Part shown: piece after piece, positions 51,827 to 61,300 of the stretch
Position numbering within the stretch: the first letter of the stretch is position 1
Layout of the letters: each line of letters begins with the position of its first letter
Origin: Antedon mediterranea
Taxonomy: Eukaryota; Animalia; Echinodermata
Direction of reading: 5' to 3'
NCBI RefSeq assembly: GCF_964355755.1
Contig: NC_092670.1
Span: 6,252,201-6,316,200 of the forward strand
Length of the DNA stretch: 64,000 nucleotides
Program-made: the position numbers and the translations under genes
The notes under the pieces: model-generated
What the model saw: the letters and a program-made list of their open reading frames with translations, nothing else
Told to the model about the DNA's origin: nothing
Databases searched by the model: none

Positions 51827-52965
51827 AAGACGATATTAATTTCAACATAATTGTTGACAAAAAATGAGACTGTAACATGAGTTTACAAGGAACCCATGAC
51901 AATAAACAAATATAAATATAACATAATTTGGTAACATATTAATAACTAAATTGGATTATATTTCCAAATTATCAGATTATGTTTAGATCAATTTTAAACA
52001 AAAATGAGTTGCTTAAGGAATGGATTACTAATGTGACGCAAATCTGAATTTCATGGTACGGTAAGGTAGCTAGATGTGATATTGCTAAAGATGAGCCGAA
52101 AGCTATAATTACAAAGTAAAAACAGCAAGAAAGTAAGACAATGGGTATTGTTTCTTTTCAAAAACAATTTACATTTAAAATAGCGATATTGTAAAAACAT
52201 AAAATACATTTGTTACCCAACTGAGCCAAGACTCTTAGGAATATTTTTCTGAACACAAATTGACTATAGCCCCACTATGATTTTTTTGTCCCAGTTTAGC
52301 AAGACTACAATAATATTATCTGTTGTTTTATTTGTTTTTGGACTACCTGGTCTAGGTCTAGCAACTAAGACTTACTTATGGGCTTGTTTCTTCTGCGAAA
52401 AAAAAAAATAATTTACACCTAATTTCATGGCAGAAGAAACCGGACAAAATTCACGTTTTAAAATAACTGTTAATTAAGTAATAAATACCCAATAAATTTT
52501 CAAAAATTAGGACATTAAAATGTAGAGGGCTCCCTCTAAATCAACGTAAGTAAATCTTATTAATCATAATAGATGTTGAGGGCAGTTTTCTTAAAGTACT
52601 CTATCAATGCGTATTTGTTTCCTTGTATTGATTTTACCGAGCATGCTTACTCATTCTACAATGGTAATAACGATGTGTACAAAATGGCAAACACAATCAA
52701 GATCTTGGTTTACTCAGGCATGGAGAATTTGATATAATTATCAATTTGCCTAATGAACTTTTGGCTAATTGCTAATTAGTTTTCCATACTGTATCAAACT
52801 AGATCTATTACTACTATAATAACATATAGTTTATTGAATACTGTATATAATATTCTGGCTTTTATGAATAAGAATATTCTAGATTTTGGATTGATATAAG
52901 ATATAAAAATAATTTATGTCATAATTCATTTAGACATAGTAACCTGAAATTTATTTACCTCTTAA

Positions 52966-53071
52966 ACTGATACGCATAGACGAGTGATACGCATGCACAA
53001 CTGATACGCATGGACGAGTGATACGCATGCACGACTGATACGCATGCACGACTGATACGCACGCACGACTG
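52966..53071. repeat. 17-bp minisatellite x6
   Basis: A(C/G)TGATACGCATGCACG units. Confidence 0.92.
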
Positions 53072-54591
53072 TACACATGTAATTTTGAACTTGGACAGGA
53101 TGTAATTTTTATTTTTAAATATTAAGCTACGTGTGGCATAAGATTTAGTTTTTATAGGTACAGGTTGATACAATGCCTTTTATCATTTTGCTATTGTAGT
53201 ATTACAAGATGATTCAGCATTTTATACCATATGGAATACCTGCTTTAAACCTACGTGGGAAAACTGTTCCTAAATTATAACTGTAAATTCAAATTGTATA
53301 TTATTACAAATAAAATAAATGTTATGCTTTTTGATGTGTATTTTTACTATTTCTATCTTCTGTTTGCCTACACTTGGTCCTCCAAGCTGTTACCTGGGAT
53401 AATTGTATTTTTTTAAATAAAGAATGATTGAAAGACATTATAATTTTACTATGTTTAATTGATGAATGGAAGACAGGAATGTTGTGTATAGAAATAGATT
53501 CATTTTTATTTTATTGGTAAGCTGATACAATACATTTTATTTTTACAGCTGTTGGGTTCATCATAAATAACACAAGTAGGGATGCATCTCAAAAGTATGA
53601 CTTAATTTAATACTAACTGTTTCAAACAGTATACACATAATCTTTATCAAACTGGTAATAATATAATTACATAATAAAAGTGAAAATTGTTTTCCATGCA
53701 GACTACTTTATGCTAATATACTGCAGAGCATAAACGTAATCCATATAGAAATCCATCTGACGTGTTTAATCCCATATGAAGTTACAGGCGATTGGTGCGT
53801 TGATTAAACATACGTGATCTAGAAGACTTGCTGACAACCGATATGTAACAGGATTATGATATCAATTGCGTTAGACAGTGGTTTTTTAAGACAATACTTG
53901 AGGCACTGATGCTCATAAAAATTTCACACTTTGCCGATTGATTTTCGATCGAGTTCTTAAAAATACACTTTCTTCTGTCATATGGGCATACTGTATGTCC
54001 TCAATACTAAACACCTTCTGTACATAATGGTGTCCACAGAATAAGGGTTGATATAGACACTTGTTCATTTCATGGGAATTTGTTTCCTTAACAGGTGATA
54101 AAACTTGGATGTAGCCAATCAGACCCGCTGAAATGAGCCATGTGTGCGCTGTTATTGTTTCACTATTATGCACTGGAGTACAAAAAGTGCGTAGCAAAAA
54201 ACATAGCGTACTCTGCGTGTAAATAATGCACAAGTCTAAATTTCGTACGTTAGTGGAGATGTAGCACGTACACTCTAGGGTATTCACAATGTTGTGCAAC
54301 ATACACTCAGCTGCACCTTGTGTTTGTTGCAACATTGTAAATATCCCCCAATATCCACTAATGCACTCCGACTTGTGCATTATTTGTATACTGTAATATT
54401 ATAATAGTGCCCTTAATTTTCCATGAATAGAGGTTGACAGTAGTGCTAAAACCTAATTAAGATAAACTCTTGTTGTTAATTGTTTAATAGCTAAATTTGT
54501 ATAATGTCTTATGGCCTTGTCGAAAAACACCATTGAGGTGAACAAGTGTTACCGTGATTAAATAAAGTTTTTATTATTATTATTATAAGTA

Positions 54592-54749
54592 CTAGAGGGT
54601 GAGCTCGCTTCGCTCGCTCCCCCTCTAGGAAGTGTAGACGATGGTTTTCGGAATGATAATGTTCTCCTTATATGTTTTCTGTCTGTTACCATTATTGAAA
54701 ATGCTTGACATTCGTAAAACTAAACTACTTTGTTTCACAGTGTTTTAGA
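54592..54749 (-). mobile_element. Helitron family B 3' end (related to family A); 5' limit uncertain
   Basis: A|CTAGAGGGTGAGC-TCGCTTCGCTC-GCTCCCCCTCTAG then G..GTG..GATGGTT.TCG.AAT.ATAAT as in family A; possible TC start at 54749. Confidence 0.65.
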
Positions 54750-55157
54750 TGATTAATAACATTTTAAAGTACAGTTTTTATTGTTTGGTAGGGCCCTTTG
54801 GGGAGGCGGAGGTCATTTGAGGGAGGTGTGTTGAACCCACAAATGTGAAAACGCCCACAAATGTGAAAACAACCACAAATGTGAAAACAACCACAAATGT
54901 GAAAACGCATCACCCACAAATGTAATAAAACAGCGCCCACAAATGTGAAAACGACCATCGCCCACAAATGTAAAAAAAAATCAAATCAAATGTTGTGCTA
55001 GACTCAAACAAGTTTGATCAAGTAAATACATTATATCATGTGTATTGAGTTGTTTCAATAATTGTGTGTTCACAATACGTCTGTTAGGGTCGTCATTAAC
55101 GCGTTGGAATATTACCATGTTCGATGTTTTTTGCATCGACTTGGAACTATACGTACA

Positions 55158-56702
55158 TCTATATATAAATTTACGTAAGGGCAAAATTCGGTAAATCGCG
55201 CCTTACTTCTAGAATTTTTACTCGATGGTATATAAAGTTGGTTCGTACTTTCGGTACTGATTTTAACCACCTGATGTAACCCTGTTTACTAATTAAATTA
55301 AGTTAGATAATTAGTTATTGACGATTAAAACGAATTTAGGTTCAACGATTTGCCCCAAATAGGGGTGTTTTCCGATCGTGGTATACACTGTCTAATGGAT
55401 GTCCATTTTGAAAAATACCCGCCACAAAAATGCGAGGAGGCTTCGCATTTTCCTATCTCCTCCTACGATAATTGTTTTTAATAGCTGAAAACCGGTTGAA
55501 CAGTTCGAGTACAGCATCATAATGTTGAAGACAGGCCGATTTTCTTTAAAAAATACTATTTTGATACATTTAATATACGTTTTTACAAATGTATTGATTT
55601 GTGATGAATGGAACATTCCAAATTATTTGGTTTAACCATAGAGGTATAGATTTAGATTTATGGGCCTCCTTGGAGAATAAACATAAATAGTATTGCAATG
55701 CTGTACAATACTGTTAAGGTATTAACCACTTTTGATCGCAATTTGAATCGCAAATTTCTTACTGTGAGTGTTGGTACTGTTAGGTGTAATATAAAAATAT
55801 ATACAAATAAACTTTATTACTGTGAGTGTGGGTAGGCCCTACTGTTAGATTATAAACATATAATATACAAATAAACATTCCAAATTATTTGTTTTAACCA
55901 TAGAGGTATAGATTTAGATGTATGGGCCCCCTTGGAGAATAAACATAAATAGTATTGCAATGCTGTACAATACTGTTAAGGTATTAACCACTTTTGATCG
56001 CAATTTGAATCGCAAATTTCTTACTGTGAGTGTTGGTACTGTTAGATGTAATATAAAAATATATACAAATACACTTTATTACTGTGAGTGTGGGTAGGCC
56101 CTACTGTTAGATTATAAACATATAATATACAAATAAATAAACGTTATTACTGACAGTTGCTTCTCAACGTTTGTATTAATTAATAATTTAAAAATATATA
56201 AACGTCGTAGTGGTGTATCGTTACATGTACTTTACTATTTCAATCGACTATGACAGTGAGAGTTTTAACAAAGTACCGTATTAAATCGTAAATGTTTTAC
56301 TGTATTTAGTGGTATATTATTTATAGGCTTATAACACATTAAAAACAATATTTCGTTACTGAGTGGATAAGAATATATTTTAAAATGTTTCCTCTTTGTA
56401 CCTATCTTCTTCCCCTATCCCTCAACCCTTAATGTTACATACAAAACACAAATTGGGTTTGTTTAAATGAGTCCAAATAAAAAATTTTGACTCATTTTGT
56501 TTCTCTCTCGGAAGTAATTCCCAGGGTGCTAATTTTGGTTGACTACATAAATCATTGTGTATATTTATTCGTTTCTGTAAACGACAATGTATTATAGTCC
56601 TGCGATACGTACATTTTTTTCTCGCTGGAAATACTGTGTATTCGAGAACCATCTGTGGGCACGACCTAGATGGTACGCGAGCGAAGCGAGCGTGCCATCT
56701 AG
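55158..56702 (+). mobile_element. Helitron family A, variant copy (first of tandem dimer)
   Basis: A|TCTATATATAAATTTACGTAAGGGC start, terminal hairpin and CTAG end; middle replaced by a 262-bp tandem duplication. Confidence 0.9.
55612..56137. repeat. 262-bp tandem duplication inside the Helitron
   Basis: AACATTCCAAATTATTTG.TTTAACCATAGAGG.. at 55612 and 55874, near-identical. Confidence 0.93.
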
Positions 56703-58345
56703 TCTATTATATAAATTTACGTAAGGGCAAAAATCGGTAAATCGTGCGTTATTTCTAGAATGTTTACTCGATGGTATATAAAGTTGGTTAGAATCTCGGT
56801 ACTGATTTTAACCACCGGATGTAACCCTGTTTACTAATTAAATTGAGTTAGATAATTAGTTATTAACGATTAAAACGAATCTAGGTTCAACAATTTGCCC
56901 CAAATAGGGGTGTTTTTCGATCGTGGTATACACTGTCTAATGGATGTCCGTCTTGAAAAATACCCGAAGACAATAATACGAGGATGCTTCGCATTTTCCT
57001 ATCTCCTCCTACGATAATTGTTTTTAATGGCTGTAAACCGGTTGAACAGCTCGAGTACAGCATCATAATGTTGAAGACAGGCCGATTTTCTTTAAAAAAT
57101 ACTATTTTGATAGATTTAATATACGTTTATATAAATGTATTGATTTGCGATGAATGGAACATTCCAATCTCTGTTACACAAGTGTCTATTCCCTCAGGCG
57201 TCGTAAAGGCAAGTACTGTATACTCATAACAGAAATTCAATCCATTTTTGGTTGGATTTTGAGGTTGGATATAATTTTTTTTAACGGATTTTGAGCTAGC
57301 GTTTTCAGTCGCCGTATATTATGTACAAATCGTTATTATTGCATTTAAACCACCCACGTCATCACCATTCCCTCACTGGCATGAGTAGCGTTGTAAAGAC
57401 AGTAGAGGATAAGCCTATACGGTGCATCACATGCCCTAAACGCAGAACAACTTTGGTGGGTAGGGTAGGAACCAACTTAATTATGAATTGGCTCTAAGAA
57501 ACAATTGAAAACCATTAGGCCTACTAATTAAGTTGAGTTAGATAATTTAATATCTATTGACGATTAAGTCGAATTTATGATTTTCCTCGAATAGAGGTGG
57601 TTTTCACAAATTGTTTAACATTATATATAAACATACGTCGTAGTGTATCGTTACATGTACTGTACTATTTCAATCGACTACGACGGTGATAGTTTCAACA
57701 AAGTATTACATCGCAATGCTTTACTGTGTTTAGTGGTATATTATTTGTTAAACATGAAAACAATTAAGATTTCGTTACAAAATAAAGAATATATTTAAAA
57801 ATTGTTCCTCTTTGCACCCATCCTCTTCCCCATCCCTCAACCATAATTCAAGTTCAAAAAACATTTATTTATTCAACAATGGCATTATACAATAATATAA
57901 TTATAGGTGTGTACATAAGTGAAAACATAGTAATAAGCCATCATTTGGGGTCTTCTCTAGAAGAAAACAAGTTTCTTGTCTCGAGAAAGACCCCAGAAAC
58001 AATACACATACATTTAAACTAATACAATTTACTACATAAAATAATAAATAGTAATGTTACATACAAAACACAAAATAAGTTTGTTTAAATCTGACTTTTA
58101 AAACAATTGGTCTCATTTTGTGACAAGTTTCTCTTTCTCGGAAGTAATTCCCAGGGTATTAATTTTAGTTGAGTACATAAATCACAGTGTCTATTTATTC
58201 GTTCCTGTAAACGACATGTATTATTGTCCTGCATTATTGTACATTTGAAATCGCCAGTTTTTTAACGCTGAAATCATTATGTATTCGAGAACCATCTGTG
58301 GGCACGACCTAGATGGTACGCGAGCGAAGCGAGCGTACCATCTAG
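56703..58345 (+). mobile_element. Helitron family A (second of tandem dimer)
   Basis: TCTATTATATAAATTTACG start directly after the CTAG of the previous copy; ends GCGTACCATCTAG|T; colinear with the reverse complement of 14085..15522. Confidence 0.92.
57848..58051 (-). mobile_element. 5'-truncated LINE 3' end inserted into the Helitron
   Basis: 204 bp absent from the other two copies, flanked by TAAT on both sides; stem-loop GGGGTCTT..AAGACCCC; minus-strand AATAAATAAA..TTGAACTTGA tail. Confidence 0.7.
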
Positions 58346-61300
58346 TAATAGTAAGTAAACCAGTTAACAACTACACAACTACAAGCAACAATGATATAAC
58401 ATGGCCTTGATCTGGAAGGAAGTATCGTGCATGCGCGCAGCAAATATCGTCTTGAACTATACGTACATTAAACCACCAACGAGTTAACATGAAAATATCG
58501 CGCGCACGAGCAGGTAAATTGTAATAATCCAACGCGTTAACGACGACCCTAACAGACGTATCGTGAACACACAATTATTGAAACAACTCAATACAATGTA
58601 TATACATTAACATTAACTCGATCAAAATTGTTTGGGTCTAGCACTAAATTTGATTTGGATTCTTTTTTACATTTGTGGGCGACAAGATCTCTCTTTTTTT
58701 CACATTTGTGGGCGCTGTTTTCACATTTGTGGGTGATGCGTTTTTACAATTGTGGTTGTTTTCACATTTGTGGGTGATGCGTTTTCACATTTGTGGTTGT
58801 TTTCACATTTGTGGGTGATACGTTTTCACATTTGTGGTTGTTTTCACATTTGTGGGCGTTTTCACATTTGTGGGTTCAACAAGGTGCTTATTCGAGGGAT
58901 ATATGTTAAATTTTGTAGTTTTAATAATATGGTAACATTTATAATCAAATGAAATCCTCTAATAGATATGAAAAGTGCTAAAAGAATAACAAATGCTTGG
59001 TAAATAGTAGATAACAGTGCGGTGAATTCTACTACAAATAGTACCGTATAATTGTGTTGTTATAAGTATGTGGATGGACGTTTATTAGATAGTTGGGTTG
59101 GGGGGGGGGGTTATTATTCAAAGTGATGTTTTATTGGAGAGGCGTTTATTCAAATGAATACCATCCTAATAATTATTAATACATTATTTAATTTAATCAT
59201 CTTTTGAAACTAACTGCCGTGACAGAGTGGGCCCAAGAAAGAAGACATTATGGTACGGCTTGCAACATGGGCAGACATCTCGGTCCTAACGGGACACAGG
59301 AAGATAGCCTACAGTTATTCCTGCAAGCTTACTCAATAAAACTCAGCTATCGGGATTTCACTCGAAAAATGTCTTATCATCAAATCTCCCTATGTAATTT
59401 TATAATACTATTCCCCACAATATATTCGGATTCTTTATGGCGTATATTTAATTTGATCTTTATTAATTTGCAGTATAATTCCTATTATTTAACTACTGTA
59501 CCTTCACACACGCGCCGCGGTATGTTTTAAAATAAACAAAAAACTGAAATGGCTATGATTAATGGCCTATATCTGATTTTTCGTCTTCCAAAGGGACACT
59601 GTATTGATTGATGGAAAGTGCCTGTTTCCAGTCACCTTTAGGGTCAAATCTATTATTTTAACTGCTCCCTTGTGTATAAAAGAGAGAAAATATTTGAAAC
59701 CAGGTTGTTGCAAGGTGAACTTATCTTAAACCCGGAAATTACTTTGACCGGGGAGAATTGAAATTGAGATGAAAATCTAATGTTGAAATCATAAATTGTG
59801 TTAAAAAACTCTTTATAATATCTTCCTAAGATAGAAATATGGAACAATAGCGTCGCCGTGAACACTAATGTTATCAAATCTACGTTTCGCGGTACATCTC
59901 AGATAGATAAGGTAGGTATCCAAGGCGGAGATTTGTACCGAAGTTTTTGCATTGTGCTCGCCTATGTCAGAATTCACCATAATTTATATATAGAAGCACA
60001 GGATGTTTGGCCCTCTATTGGCTTGTCACTTATAGCTTCAAACAAAACATAGATGTGCCGTTTTCCGTCCCGAGCAGTTTGTCAATGAAGTATTTTTAAA
60101 TATTGTATTATCTTGTTGTTGTGACTGTTTGAATGCGTATGACACAGGTGTTAAAGGTGTTCTTGTCAGCTTTTCATTGATTATGTCAAACTAAGTGCTT
60201 GGATTAAGCTAAGCTTACCATTTCAATTATTCAACACAAAGACAGCCGACAGGAGGCGTTTCAATATACAGTACAGTAGTAATTTGAGAAATTTATATCA
60301 GTTTCTTACATGTATAAATTGTATGTTTATTTTTGAAGTATTTCTGTTTTTCAGAGAATTTGGTCGGGGGGAAAGAGAGAACAATTTACGGTAGTGGCAT
60401 ATCTTTAGAAACTTGTTTTCATACCAAGACAACTGTATTAAGGGTAATCTATATAGGGTAGTTAGAAGCCTGTTTTTATACCAATACAACCATAGAGTAA
60501 TCTATGGGAGAAAATTTCAATTGCATGGTTTAAATAACGAGTGGAGGTGATCAAAGTACTTAACAACGTAATCAATAGAAATCAAATGACAATCAACATA
60601 ACACCTGCATCACTTAATCAAATGTAAAGAGTCAGAGTCAAGTCGCAAAAACAACTAACAATCATACAGTACGACTGACAGTAGATCAAATTATATGCCA
60701 GTTTGAAGTCATGCCCCTTACTCAGTAACGGTAGCCTATATGTTGAATGATCGATGTGAAAACACGTTCTTATGATGTTGATGAACATTTTTGACCGAGA
60801 AATTGATAATTTTATTGTCATTTATAAATAAAATGTGGGGTCAACCAAAACCCTTTCCACATAAGTATAACAAAGTTGTAACCAGGTTTGCATGAGTGTG
60901 AATACAGTTTTATGAGGGTTCGAATGAAATCTTGGGAGAAAAACACACAGATGAGTGGCATGTTTTTTTGTTCTGAGATTTCCCTGAGTTGTTACGCACA
61001 TGTGTTTGCCCTGGTATTAAACTGACCAATAATAGTATTAATCAAATAGTGCCGGGCCCACTATACTTTCTCCTGAAATTTTTAAAGATTCGCATGCGCG
61101 TATGAAAACGTGTAATAAATCAGAAGATCAAACTTGTAACAATTTTCGCACATGGTTGCAATGGGGTATAAATGAACCTCATGAATACATTTTAAATAAT
61201 ACTATAATGTATGCCACAGAGTAGTTAAAACCAACATGCTTTTCCTGCAAACGAACAATTTCAAATTACAAAAAGAGTGCCCTCTATTGAGTAATCCAGT

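Larger units (their letters stand above)
54829..58881. mobile_element. Foldback-type TIR element with TGT..ACA ends and 5-bp TSD (Ginger2-like?); ~865 bp without the nested Helitrons
   Basis: AGGTG|TGTTGAACCCACAAATGTG ... CACATTTGTGGGTTCAACA|AGGTG; TIRs ~54829-55115 and ~58521-58881. Confidence 0.88.

Noticed and set aside
53913-54380. 155-aa ORF, the longest non-exonic ORF
   Set aside because: Non-ATG start, no recognisable domain, and it overlaps a palindromic repeat.
54764-58952. (FHICGC)n zinc-finger-like peptides and duplicated ORFs at 55392, 56555 and 56984
   Set aside because: Translations of the TIR motif arrays and of non-coding Helitron sequence; no Rep, helicase or DDE motifs.
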